Positions 1-12,892 of a stretch of DNA of 64,000 bases are shown here, in pieces; positions within the stretch are counted from its first letter, which is position 1; each line of letters opens with the position of its first letter. The notes beneath the pieces are model-generated. The model was not told the DNA's origin. It saw only the letters and a program-made list of their open reading frames with translations, and searched no databases. The DNA comes from Octopus vulgaris. Its lineage: Eukaryota. The DNA lies in contig OX597829.1 in the NCBI GenBank assembly GCA_951406725.2, positions 27,466,001 through 27,530,000 of the forward strand, in the 5' to 3' direction. Both the position numbers and the translations under genes were made by a program.

Positions 1-374
1 ATTGACCCCGAAGAATTCTTAAACACTCCAAGAGCCAACAGTGTGGGACATTAAAACACTTTTTTGCAACCAACAGTTAACTTCTTTCTATTCGTACATC
101 GTTTAATAAGCGATAAATATACAAGGGAACAGCAGTTCCCCTTATTTCTGCATACCATTTCGTGGTCTGCTTGTAGATTATCCCTCTTGAGAAAGCTATA
201 CAATTCATCTAGTATAAGAATAATGGTAAGCATGTGATAAGCATGTTGATTTACCCTCTTTTCATTCTCCCTCGGTAATGACATACTTTCTCTCTCTCTC
301 TCTCGTGTCGTGCACACTTGTATTACATTTTCTATAATGTCAGTAAGAAACAGTTGTATTTAGTTACTGTTTTA

Positions 375-600
375 CTGTTTTATTTCTTTCAGTCATTTGA
401 CTGCGGTCATGCTGGAGCACTGCCTTTAGTCGAGCAAATCGACCCCGGGATTTATTCTTTGTAAGCCTAGTACTTATTCTATCGGTCTCTTTTGCCGAAC
501 CGCTAGGTTACAGGGACGTAAACATACCATCATCGGTTGTCAAGCGATGTTGGGGGGACGAACACAGACACACAAACATATACACACACACATACATATA
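375..600 (-). mobile_element. 3' part of abundant CORE-like tRNA-derived SINE (family S1)
   Basis: Reverse complement matches the 3' half of the full copies at 47565-47975 and 52140-52550 (gactaaaggcagtgctccagcatgaccgcagtcaaatgactgaaa). Confidence 0.85.
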
Positions 601-622
601 TATATATATACATATATATATA

Positions 623-1299
623 TACAACTTATAAATAAGGGCAACAGAAAAAAATTCTAATGCCAAATATGCCGAAACCAGACACATTGTCCATAACCAT
701 ATAATTTATTACAATAAGCACGTTACTCGAAGAAAGCCGACAGAAATTTCTAAAAAATTCCGTTATTACCATATCAGACCCATTTCAGAGTTAGTTCATA
801 AGAACCTTCCCATCGTCAGTGATAAATGCGGCAAAGAAATAAATGAAATACTTACTTATACCCATGGAAGAAGCAAACACTTCGAGTAACGTGCTTATTG
901 TGATAAATTATATGGTTATGGACAATGTGTCTAGTTTCGGCATGTTTGGCATTAGAAATTTTTTTCTTTTGACCTTATTTATAAGTTGTTTATAAATTTA
1001 ACCTTTAAGGTATTTTTTAATATGCTGGCCATCGATAAAACTTTTTTCGAAAAATTTTATCCTATATTAGATGTAAATTTAATAGTGTTCACTTCCGGAC
1101 TCTCTCACTCTGTGAGAGTTTCAGTTCGAATCGCACGTGTCTCGAATGGGCTGGAGAATTTATATTGTGGATATATTTAGGGTACTTAATTGTGCTCATG
1201 ACTTAGTGTTTGTTTCTTCCATGGGTATAAGTAAGTATTTCATTTATTTCTTTGCCGCATTTTTCACTGACGAAGGGAAGGTTCTTATGAACTAACTCT
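623..1299. mobile_element. Penelope-like/retrozyme-like terminal repeat with double inversion
   Basis: 623-733 is the reverse complement of 881-991, and 787-881 is the reverse complement of 1205-1299. A hammerhead-like motif lies on the - strand at 772-824. Confidence 0.55.
772..824 (-). ncRNA. Degenerate minimal type I hammerhead ribozyme motif
   Basis: - strand reads TATCA-CTGACGA-TGGG...CTCT-GAAA-TGGG-TC-TGATA. Stem I is TATCA/TGATA and the CTGANGA and GAAA cores are intact. Stems II and III are imperfect. Confidence 0.55.
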
Positions 1300-1718
1300 A
1301 TTGTTACATCCACACCCTTTTTTCCCTCCCTATGCAATGTAAAATTCACTGAAGGGCAAAAGGTAGTCCTGTAAAAGTATGAGGTGGTCACGACTGGAAC
1401 ATACTTGATCATACATCTGGTCGATGTAACGCCACCGACAACATTGTCACACACACACAAAAACAAACCACTGTTCCTTCCTTAAATCTCCATAATTCCA
1501 TCTCCAATCTCACCTTTTTCTACAAGGATTTATTTCTTCGATGAGTTATATTTTTCTTTTAATTAAATATTTATTTATTTGTTTATTTGTATCTGCTGAT
1601 GATGTTAGACTTTTCGTATCTTTCGCATTTCGTTGCTATGGTACTTGGAGATGTCTTTCTAGATATCGGTCAAAGTATAATGTAATGTAAAAGATATGTG
1701 TGTATGCGTGTATGTGTG

Positions 1719-1752
<34 letters not shown>

Positions 1753-1916
1753 CATGTATGTATGTTTATAAAACATTACATGCAAATATATACGTGTATA
1801 TATACATATATAATACACAAACATGTATTTGTATATATATATATATACATATATGTATTCATGCATGTGCATATATACATATATAATGCAGAGATATGTA
1901 TATCAATTTAGACACA

Positions 1917-1969
<53 letters not shown>

Positions 1970-2124
1970 ATATATATATGAGTGTGTGTGAGTGTGTGTG
2001 TGTGTGTGTGTGTGTATTTATATGTATTATATATCTTATTTTATCCTCACTAATCATCCTTTCTCGATCCTATCCAGCATATCTTAAACCCTATCTCCAT
2101 TACTGATTATCTCACCATAACCAC

Positions 2125-2174
<50 letters not shown>

Positions 2175-2867
2175 TTCTCTCTCTCTCGTTTTCTCTCTCA
2201 CATTCTCTTTCACTTCTTCGCATATTACTTATAAATGTCATATTGCATATAAATGTCATTCGGATTTCGCTATTCGATATAAAAAGAAAACTGCATCTAT
2301 ATTCTCGGGGTTAATGCAGAGGGTTACACTTCCAAAGTTGCAGATAAACATCTAATGCGAGGCAGGAACTTCGACTAACCTCTCTGGATTAACGTTTTCA
2401 GTCTAGGTATGACTTTTCACTGGTAGAGGCATGGTTCGAGTCCCGGCATCAGTCATCAAATTTATGATTGTATTTACACACAACTCTCACACACATACAC
2501 ACATATTGTAAATATTATTTTGGCTTCAAATTTTGGCACAAGACCTGTAGTTTTGGAGGAGGGTGTAAGTCGATTACATCAGCCCCAGTGTTCAACGAGT
2601 ATTTATTTTATCGACCCGGAAAAGATAAAAGGCAAAGTCGACCAGAGGAATTTGCACCCAGAACATGAAGACGGACGTTCTTGCGATTCTGTCAGCTCGC
2701 CGTCCTTAAATTATAAATGTACACATATTTTACGTGTGTGTGTGTGTGTGTGTGTGTGTATGCGTGATTCAAATGTCCAAAGAGCAAAAGACAGATGACA
2801 GGTGAGGGAACAACAAGCAAGTTGTATTAATATGATGCTTTGAGAAAATGGAAGAGTCTTTGACGTG

Positions 2868-2887
<20 letters not shown>

Positions 2888-2908
<21 letters not shown>

Positions 2909-3075
2909 GGAGTAAACACATAAATGTGAAACAAGGTGGAAATAAGAGTACTCAAATACCAGTGGTAGAGTAATAAGCTTTATTTAAAAGCGGCAGAAAA
3001 TTCAACAAAACTGTTACTCTGAGTTTCACGTTCCCGCTCGTCGGACAGTTTTTGCTAGCAAAAACTGTCCGACGA
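2888..3075 (-). mobile_element. Penelope-like terminal fragment in a (TA)n tract, ending in a 38-bp perfect palindrome
   Basis: Shares sequence with 44900-44980. Hammerhead-like CCGACGA-gcgggaacgt-GAAA-c-TC on the - strand. Palindrome tcgtcggacagtttttgctagcaaaaactgtccgacga at 3038-3075. Confidence 0.5.
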
Positions 3076-3125
3076 ATGTTTGTATGTATGTATATATGTA
3101 TAGATATACATATATGTATATTTGT

Positions 3126-3476
3126 GAAGGCGCGTGGCTCAGTGGTTAGAGCATCGAGCTTACGATCGTGAGGTTGTGAGCTCGAATCCCGGACCGGGCT
3201 GCGTGTTGTGTTCTTGAGCAAGACACTTTATTTCACGTTGCTCCAGTTCACTCAGCTGTAGAAATGAGTTGCGACGTCACAGGTGCCAAGCTGTATCGGC
3301 CCTTGCCTTTCCCTTGGACAACATCGGTGACGTGGAGAGGGGAGGCCGGTATGCATGGGCGACTGCTGGCCTTCCATAAAAAAAAGATAACCTTGCCCAG
3401 ACTTGTTCCTCAGAAGGTAACTCTCCAGGTGCAAACCCATGGTCAGTGTCTGACCGAAGGGGGTCACCACCATATT

Positions 3477-3478
<2 letters not shown>
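3126..3478 (+). mobile_element. tRNA-derived SINE (family S4)
   Basis: A box (tggctcagtgg) and B-box-like gagctcgaatcc, then gttcttgagcaagacacttta...gctccagttcactcagctg. A related copy lies on the - strand at 23170-23436. Confidence 0.8.
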
Positions 3479-3536
<58 letters not shown>

Positions 3537-4065
3537 CACACACGTGAAGAAGTGGCGCTATATGAAAACACACTTGCATGAAGTTACATGATTTTGCATA
3601 ATGTTATATGTCAAGTCTCATAATGTACCTGTGTTCTAAATAAATCGCCACAGAAACATGTATAGTAGTAGCCAAAATGTATATTCGTTTTGTTCTTGTT
3701 TGCTATATAAATTACACCGTATGAAAATGCATGTTTTTTTCTCTGATAAATACTTGAATTTTCAGAACACTCGGCACCAGTGAACTATTCTTTCAATTAT
3801 GCACCGATCATAATGTTTAAATGATCTGAAAAGATGATGACCAGATGAAGTAAAGTCAGGAGACTAAAGAGGATGCGGTAAAGCTTCGATGTTTAGTACC
3901 ATAATCTTTCCCTGACTAACTTGGGCAATATGTGGTTTTGCATTATCCTTTAAAAACAAAAACCCTTTACGACTGACTAACTATGAACACTTTTTCTACC
4001 AATTTTTGTGCAACGCTTCCAACTGAGAACAATACTTTTCCGGATTAACTGCTTATGTATGCATA

Positions 4066-4575
4066 TCTATATATATAAAACTGTAGTTGTGTGAGTGTCT
4101 GTCCCCTTCGATTTAGATTCCTAACTACTCCCACATTTTGCGGTGCAGTTTAACCAAATTCGGGTATCTTATAGTCGTGATTCATATCGAGCCCGTCTGG
4201 CTATTAGCGCGTGTCAACGATGAGTCTACGATTTTAAAAATAATTTAACATCATTTTTTATTCCATTTTAATGCACAATTTTTCGTGTGTCGATGGCGGC
4301 GGAGTTGGCGTTCACGCTCACAGCTGCACCTGTTTGCTTCTCCCCCTTCCCTCCCTCGTGAAGTTGTGGGGAAGGGAGTGTAAAGAAATCAACGTCGTAA
4401 TGCGTTGTCAAGGAGACCAGCGTTCTTTTAGAACAACGACTTCATGGCTTGAAGACACCAAAACAGAAATGGCTAAGAAAGCCCGAATTGGCATCTATAA
4501 GGGAAGTAACTCTCTAAAAATGCTTATATAGTTATTTCCCTTACAAACCCGAGCAACGCCGGGCGATACTGCTAG
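4066..4575 (+). mobile_element. Non-autonomous Helitron, copy 1
   Basis: A|TC 5' end (TCTATATATATAAAA). 3' hairpin cccgagcaacgccggg followed by CTAG. Confidence 0.85.
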
Positions 4576-4876
4576 TCTTTATATATAAAAGTGAAGTTGT
4601 GTGTCTGTCTCCTACGATTTAGATTCCTAACTACTCCCACATTTTGCTGTGCAGTTTAACCAAAACCGGGTATCTTATAGTCGTGATTCATATCGAGCCC
4701 TTCTGGGTATTAGTGCGCGTCTACGATGAGTCTACGATTTAAAAAAAAAATTTACCATCATTTTTTCCCATTTTTAATGCATTTTTTTTGCTATTATATA
4801 AGGGAAGTACCTCTCTAAAATGCTTATATAGTTATTTCCCTTACAAACCCCGGGCAACGCCGGGCGATACTGCTAG
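4576..4876 (+). mobile_element. Non-autonomous Helitron, copy 2 (head-to-tail, internally shorter)
   Basis: Starts TC immediately after the CTAG of copy 1. Same body minus ~200 bp, same hairpin, ends CTAG|T. Confidence 0.85.
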
Positions 4877-5519
4877 TATATACATATATACAAAATAGGA
4901 CGAGAACGCAAAACATCCAGACAGTTAGGTGATGCAAAAAAGGGGAAACAAAACATCCAGATAGACGATACAAAAAAAAACAAGAACGAGTCATTCGGAG
5001 TTTTCTTTCCTCGGTCGAGTTCCAGATTATCTTTGCAATTTCGGCTGGTTATACTCGAGATTGCTTCAACCTGGCCAGCCCCAAGGAAAAACTAAGCTAA
5101 GAACATTAGATTCCTTGGAAGAAAGCAGCGAATGTATACGAAAACAAGGATAGAAAAAAAAACGGAGAATTTTACACAAATACAAATAACATGACATAGC
5201 AACAGATGTCTTTCGAATAAGGAAGAATTAAATTAAGCTGGTGTGTGTGGAAATAAAGCCTTACGGCAGGTATAAAGATTTTGCAGGTAGTGGGAGGAAT
5301 ATAGACGTTGCACTGACGACGGCCGAACCAAGAAAGAAAAATCAGGCTTGGCCGAACACCGGTCACGTGGGGAGAGAAGAGAGAGAGGTAGAGGCAGAGA
5401 GACAGAAGAATTAAGGAGGGGCAAGAAAAAATGACAGGGACGCAGTGAAGTGGAAAGAGGAGGGAAAGTGAGCAAGAAGAGAAAGCAGGGAAATGTGAGA
5501 GAGGGGGAATATATGTATA

Positions 5520-5535
5520 TATGTATATGAGTGTC

Positions 5536-5569
<34 letters not shown>

Positions 5570-5785
5570 TGTATGTATGTATGTATGTATGTATGTATGT
5601 ATGTATGTATGTATGTGTGTATGTGTGTATGTATGTATGTATGTATGTATGTATGTGTGTATGTGTGTGTGTATGTATGTATGTATGTATGTATGTGTGT
5701 GTATGTATGTATGTATGTATGTGTGTATGTATGTATGTATGTATGTATGTATGTATGTATGTATGTATGTATGTATGTATGCATG
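5520..5785. repeat. (TATG)n microsatellite
   Basis: Direct reading. Confidence 0.95.
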
Positions 5786-5960
5786 TTATTATTCAGTTTT
5801 ATATCAAGATTTCTTGCCAAAAGAGAAAGAGCCGATTTCTAACCTAGATCCAAGGCTCCTTCATTGGAATTTCAAAAATACCAACAGGATATTTTTGTAT
5901 GTATGTATATATGCAGATTTGTATGTATTCTTATGCATATAGTTGCATATCTAAATGAGT
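5785..5960 (-). mobile_element. 3' UTR fragment of RLE-type (R4/Dong-like) LINE
   Basis: Reverse complement matches 61500-61680 plus 61920-61945, which follow an RLE C-terminal coding remnant. Abuts a (TACA)n tract. Confidence 0.6.
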
Positions 5961-6442
5961 TTTGTAGTTACGGTTTCTTCTATAACTGAAGTGAGAGAAA
6001 AATCTGTTTACCAGTTGAGCTGTTTTCATTATGTTCTTCGATTGTGTTGTTGATGCTGTGTCCAGCCATGTTGTTTGTAGTAACTCTTTGCATAGTAAAT
6101 TCAAGTTTCAGTCGAAAGTTACTACAATCTTGTATAAAAGACTCCTTCAGTTAATTCATCTGAAGGTTAACCAGTTATTTAACAAGGCTGATAGTTGTAG
6201 CTTCATATGTATGTATGTACGTATGTATGTATGTATGTACGTACTATGTATGTATGTGTATGTATGTATGTATGTATGTATGTATGTATGTATGTATGTA
6301 TGTATGTATGCATGCATGTATGTATGTATGTATGTATGTATGTATGTATGTATGTATGTATGTATGTATGTTTATATATATTTTTTTTTCTAGTTTCAGC
6401 TCAGAGCTGCGGCCATGCTGATGCACCGCCGTTTTAAAGTAA

Positions 6443-6494
<52 letters not shown>

Positions 6495-6619
6495 TAAAAG
6501 AATAGAACATATGCATATATATAAACATATATGTGCGTACCTACCTCTACATGTACATATACACGCATATATGTGTACAGGACACCAAAAAGACGTCGAA
6601 CACATAGAGAGACATATAT

Positions 6620-6913
6620 ATCACGTGATCACGTGACTGACCAGACCATCAGATGTAGTTACACATTGCTGGTCACAATGCCTTCGCATTGTTTTAGCCT
6701 TCGAATGACGCCATCCCGCTGGCTAAGTGAGCAGGCCAACAGAAGAAAGAGTGGTGAAAGAGTACAGCAGGGATCACCACCCACTGCCGGAGCCTCGTGG
6801 AGCTTTTTAGGTGTTTTCGCTCAATAAACACTCACAACGCCCGGTCTGGGAATCGAAACCGCGATCCTACGACCGCGAGTCCGCTGCCCTAACCACTGGG
6901 CCATTGCGCCTCC
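6620..6913 (-). mobile_element. tRNA-derived SINE (family S3)
   Basis: - strand starts ggaggcgcaatggcccagtggttagggcagcggactcgcggtcgtaggatcgcggtttcgattccc (tRNA-like A and B boxes). Near-identical to 45046-45343. Confidence 0.9.
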
Positions 6914-6922
6914 ATACACACA

Positions 6923-6985
<63 letters not shown>

Positions 6986-7004
6986 GATTGACTGATAAAT
7001 ATAT

Positions 7005-7087
<83 letters not shown>

Positions 7088-8739
7088 TAGAAAGATGCGT
7101 AGATAGCTATTATACTTTCGGAGATCATTTTGCCAGTAAAATAATGCACTTGATGCAGTCCACTTTTGTTTTATTATCAATTAACTAAATAATTAATAAC
7201 TAAATAATTAACCAATGAATTACAAATTAATGAGTTAGTCGAAGTCTCCCATCTCACAAATAAAATTATATTGCTGCATAGATGGCTACTTTAATTAATT
7301 TCTGCTTCTATTACATGTAAAAGGTTTTTATTCAACCGGATGGCTATTCGCAATACCAGTGATTCAGTATTCACTGTTTCCTGTATAGTGGAGGCGACAA
7401 ATCTCATTCGTTTGGCTGTGAGTACAAGTCATTCATAAGATCCGACAAGACCAAAATGCATCTCACACACTCGTTAGTTGCTGCTGGGTTCTTATTCGTC
7501 TCCATCTGAGGAATTTCAACCATGTTTCGTGGTCTGCTACCACAACAGCTCCTTTATAGGATCCAGTTAGCTCAAGACGTCATCAGGAGGAACCACGTCC
7601 GGTTTCGGCCCCTAGTCCTCTACCGTTTTGACGTGGCGCCCCTCCCCCTTTCGGAGCTGTCTTCAGCTCTGGTGTTGGGTGCATGTCTTCTTTCTCCTTC
7701 TTTCTTCTGTTCCCTGGCCTCTTCGATGTAGCGTCAACGAGTGTCAGATGGAAGGGATACTGGGAGCTGGCCACGGATCTGGAAAGACTATTAATATTTC
7801 CACTCATAAAAACGACAAAAAGTCCAGACTTAGTTCTATGGGACAAAGAAGGGAGAATAGGAATTTTGTTTTCTAAACACTGCACGTCCGTAAGACGTGT
7901 TATCTTGGACGAATACTGCAGTAATTTACATGCTGACAATCTATATACATTAACTATGATACATTCATGGCTACAGTATATTGTTTTGCTTTTCCCCTTC
8001 AGTTGCTGTCAGTTTCTCAAACATAGAGGATCTAAAACTATTCAGTTTCTTATATTTTTCTTCTGTCGCCTTTTGAAGAAGGACTCTATCTGAAATAATC
8101 TAATAACTTTAGAAAATACCTATCCACTGAAGTCCCCATTTTGTAACCCTAAACCCAGAAGCTAAATGAGCATGTGCAACAATTGCTTAGCACGCACACA
8201 CTAGTACAATACGATGTGCAAAACCAAATATATGACACCCTAGGCTTAATACCAACTAGAACGTCTAATTTGTTGCCCCTTGAGGTCTCTGGGTGAGACA
8301 TGTACTAAATGTTATAAAATTCACGACTGAATGAATGTCACGGTGAAGAAAGTGAAAGTCCAAGAAAATTCTTAATTTAATTTTTCATGGAAAAATTATT
8401 TATTTTACAATTTTGAAACAAACGCTGAACCAAGTGTATATAAAGGAAGATGCTGTTGTTGTGAACGCTAATCTAAAATATTTGCTGAAGGATGTATTTA
8501 GCATGGTATAAATTAATTTGTCATTACAATATATTTTTAATGTGTAACGTTATAGAGTGTGGAATATTTATTCTACACCCTATAACGTTACATATTAAAA
8601 ACTTACTAACGCAGTAAAAAGGTTGTGTGACGTTGATACTCGCAGTGATGAAAAAATATAGGAGGAATACAAGGACTGTTAAAAAAACATTATCTTGAAA
8701 CTGGTTAGGAGTGGAATAACATTTCTGTAAGTATATTGA

Positions 8740-9520
8740 AAGAGCCGCTGAAGCTCTCTTTAGAATATTCCAGTTTAACACATTGAAGCTACGAGTAACA
8801 ACCAGGACTGCGTTTAGCTCAGATTTTAGAACTGCTCGAACTCTGCTATAACATTCCACGCTGATATCTTTCATGCTTGCGTGCTGAATGCCAGAGTCTT
8901 CATTTATTCATAGATATTTGTTGGTTTGTTCCTGCTTAATTTCTTTTATAACTGTGTCGACATCAAATACGACTGAATTGTCCCTTTCTTAATTTCCCTT
9001 TCTGATAAGTGGCCTTGGCACACTTATCAAGACCAAACTCCATCCCAATCTCATCACTGAATGCCCTGCTTTCGGTTGATATCAATTCTAGGTGTAACTG
9101 TCCATCTAGTTACTCGAACAGTTTTTTTTTTTTTATTTGATTTGCTTCAAGCAATCTGTTCTGCCTGAATTGTTTTGTTCTGCTGTCAATTTTTCCAGTT
9201 TTGCCTTGATTGCTTGCTACTACTCTTTGCTTCAATTCTTCCGATATCATTTACCCTTTATCTTCTATTTTATACGTTATTTCCAGTCTTATTCTTAAGC
9301 TTTGCATTTCAATTCGCCTCTTTTCAATCTATCAACTTGTCCCAAGTGTCTTTTTTAACTTTGTTTATCACAAATTCGTCTACCCTAGTATGGTTCCTTA
9401 CCTTCTCTTTGTTCACTTCTTTCGTATCCAAATCTTTTCATGACAATCTTAGCTGCAGCCTTGATAATCTTGTTGGTTTCAGTTATATCTCCCGTCTGGA
9501 ATAGTCCAAAGACAGAATCT
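8740..9520 (-). pseudogene. Degraded R4/Dong-like non-LTR retrotransposon ORF remnant
   Basis: Translation YSRVRAVLKSELNA...SFNVLNWNI, plus an upstream IGMEFGLDKCAK-like segment near 9015-9050. Confidence 0.65.
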
Positions 9521-10418
9521 ATCTTTTCGACTTAAGCTTTTAGCTTACATGGAGGCGGGGGGGGGGTAGTGATCCTGGTCTTCTCTAATATATCGGTACA
9601 TCATCCCTACCATGTCTTGATCATCGTCGTATTTTTGTAATATAACTATTATCTACCACAAAAAATGTCTGGTCTCCGACCATCGATTAGCGAGTCACAC
9701 TTATATTCACTGTTTTCAGTGACGCCCTCTGATTCATGTTTGTACCATTTCCGTGTTCAACCTAGACCGTAATTTTCATACAGTCTCTAGTGAACAAATT
9801 TATCCACATTATCGTGCTATCTTTTCTGGTGCTTTTGGGCCAGCTTGTCACACTCACTCACAGTATGTGAGATTGTTTCATTTTGCTGCTGCACATCCTA
9901 CAAAAAGGCGATTCGCTGCTCTTATCTATTTGGAACTTAATGTAATTAATTCTCAGACATTTTCCCTCGGTTCTGCATATCAGTGCCTCAGTATATCATT
10001 TCAGATCACTTTTTCTTAGCTATCACCAGGTGTTGGTTTTGTTTTTCCCTTAGATTTCTCTGAGGTATTGCCTATGCATTGTTTTCATTTTCCAGTTGTT
10101 TATACTTCCTTCTCCATTTTGTTTCTTAAATGCTTTTGGTGGGGGGCATCACATTTTCGATATTATTATTATTGTTGTTGTTGTTGCTGTTGCTATTATC
10201 ATTAGTTTTATGACCGCTATCACAACAGCTACCATCATCATCATCATTATTCGATAGAGGTCGACTCTGCTTTCATTCTTTTGGGGTCGATAAAATAAGC
10301 ACTAGTTGAGCACTGGAGTCGATGTATTCGACAGGAGCCGTTGCCACAAAATGTCACGCCTTGTGCCTATTGTAGAAAAGAATATTATTACTATTATTAC
10401 TATGAGTGCTGTTATTTT

Positions 10419-10468
<50 letters not shown>

Positions 10469-10994
10469 TCATTATTAACATGGTTGTTCGTTCGTCTCGT
10501 TGACATTATGAGTATACACACAGAGAAAATAGAAAAAGAAAAAGCGACCGCCTGGTGGAATTTATTTAAAACTTGTAATTTAACATTTGCTCACATCCCA
10601 CTGTTAAAAATAAATGACCAGAGCAAGTATTTAGACGACCTTACGTTTTGCTGTATTTATACAGTTTTACTTATTCTAGTTTTGTTAGTAAATCTTCTAA
10701 ATCATCAGGTCAAAGTCAACACACGTACATGAACTTAAACTATACACTCACGCCTTCGAGGCTAAAACACATATTTTTTAAAAACCTTTATATTCCTTAC
10801 AAAACCAAATACACATGTTTAATTTCTGCGTATAAACTGAGTTCTGGGGTCGACTTTGTGTATCATACCCCTGATATCGATAAAATAAAGTACCAATTAA
10901 GTACTGGGGTCGAGGCCATCAAATAACCCTCTCCGCTCAAAATAGTTTGTGTGCCTAAATCAGAAACCATTATTATTATTATTATTATTATTGA

Positions 10995-11530
10995 GTAAGG
11001 GAGCAATGCATGCCATCAAAGTGACACTGGGTACAAATGTACGAAGCTCAGTATACCCATCATGACTACCCATCTGATAAGGGTACACTAGGCACATGCA
11101 TCACAACCATATGTGCGCGACATGGTGATCTCATATCAAGATAAACAGCACATGACCTTGCAGGTGGAGCCCAGTTAGAATTTTATTCTGGTCGAGTAAC
11201 CCATCCCGCTCAAAAGGTCCCTGAATAAGGGTTGTTTAAGGATGTTGAACGAAACACCCATGTTTCCAAAGGTGAATTATCAAAACTCCAAAGAATCCCT
11301 CTCAACACATGGCTATGATGCTCCCCCACTACTTCAGCTTGTGATAAGAGATGCACATATCGTCAGCCACTAAGGGACATGCTCAACTACCTGAGGTCAA
11401 ACAACTGACAAGCAAATCTGTGGTATTGAGCAGAATATTTGCTGTAGCCCATCTTTTATACCAAGACAAAACAATGTACATGATAACACTTCCAATCAGT
11501 TAAGATCAGAAGCCATGAAAGTCACTGCCT
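10995..11530. mobile_element. Interspersed repeat (probable LINE-derived fragment) between (ATT)n and (GTT)n tracts
   Basis: A second partial copy at 39565-39730 (ctcaacacatggctatgat...gagcagaatatttgct). Confidence 0.55.
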
Positions 11531-11561
11531 GTATTGTTGTTGTTGTTGTTGTTGTTATATA

Positions 11562-11814
11562 AGGCGATGAGCTGGCAGAATAGTTAGTACATCGGACATA
11601 ATGCTTACAAGTATTTCTTCCGTCTTTACGTTCTGAGTTCAAATGCAGCCGAGGTTGACTTTGCCTTTCATCCTTTCGGACTCGTTGAAATAAGTACCAG
11701 TTTAAAACTCCACCAAAATTTCAGGCCTTATGCCTACGATAGAAAGATTTATTGTTGTTGTCGTCATCATTATCCTCTTCATTATCCTCCTCCTCCTCCT
11801 CCTCCTCCTCCTCC

Positions 11815-11874
<60 letters not shown>

Positions 11875-12060
11875 ACAAGGCGAGTTGGCAGAATCGTTAG
11901 CACCAGGGTGCAATGCTTAGCGACATTTCGTCCGTCTTCGTGTTCTGAGTTCAAATTCCACCGAAGTCCTTTTTAGGTCGATAACATAAGTACCCGTTGA
12001 GTACGGTAGTCAATGTAATCGACTTACCACACCTTCAGAATCGCTGGCTTTGTGCGAAAT
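11562..12060 (+). mobile_element. Two older S2-type SINE copies separated by (TCC)n/(TCA)n
   Basis: Both start ggcga(t)gagctggcagaat and carry the gttctgagttcaaat B box. The first has the ctttgcctttcatcctttcgg core. Confidence 0.75.
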
Positions 12061-12604
12061 TATTATTGTTGTTGTAGCTTTCTTTTAACACTAGCTAGAT
12101 AACAAATATCTTCCGAGCGACAACCAGTAACCCAGGGCAAGCACTACAACGCAATGTCATTCTTCAACACAGCTTCCGGTCGTGTTAGGGTTTTAGTTGT
12201 GGAAGCGATGATGTGGGTGGGAATAAAAAAAAAACCCTACAAATCAGTCTTTGACAGATCAGGATGGACGCATGCTGTTTCTAGCAAATATCTGCGGTTT
12301 TTCCAGCAGCACTAGATAACACAGAATGAGATTGCATTTACATGGAGAAGAATTTACATAAAATATGTCAAGTACCCATAAGTATAATCTTTTGCATTTC
12401 ACTTATTTTGGGGGCTGCTAGGTCTGCGTGTTTATTTGCTCCTTTTGATATTATTCCAAATGATATTATTCCAAATGTTTCAGTAAAAACGGATAACGTT
12501 GCTTTCAGATTGCAAAGTAAACAAAAAATCTTTTGTGATTTCTATCTCCAAGTCCTTATATTAACTCACTGTTGTTGTTGTTGCTGTTTTTCATCATCAC
12601 CATT

Positions 12605-12639
<35 letters not shown>

Positions 12640-12892
12640 TATTTATCCTTAACACAGTGTAGGTAAAAATGCACCGGAGTCTTTAGTCATCTGCGAAGTC
12701 ACAAGGACCCCGGGCAAAAAGCTTTGCGGCATTTCTCCCGTTTTACGGTTCTGAGTTCAAATTCCGCCAGGGTCGATAAAATAAGTACCAGCTGAGTACT
12801 GGGGTCGATGTAATCAACTAAACTCCTCCCCAGAAATTTCTGGCCTTGCGCCAAAATTTGAAACTATTATTATTATCATTATTATATCACTG

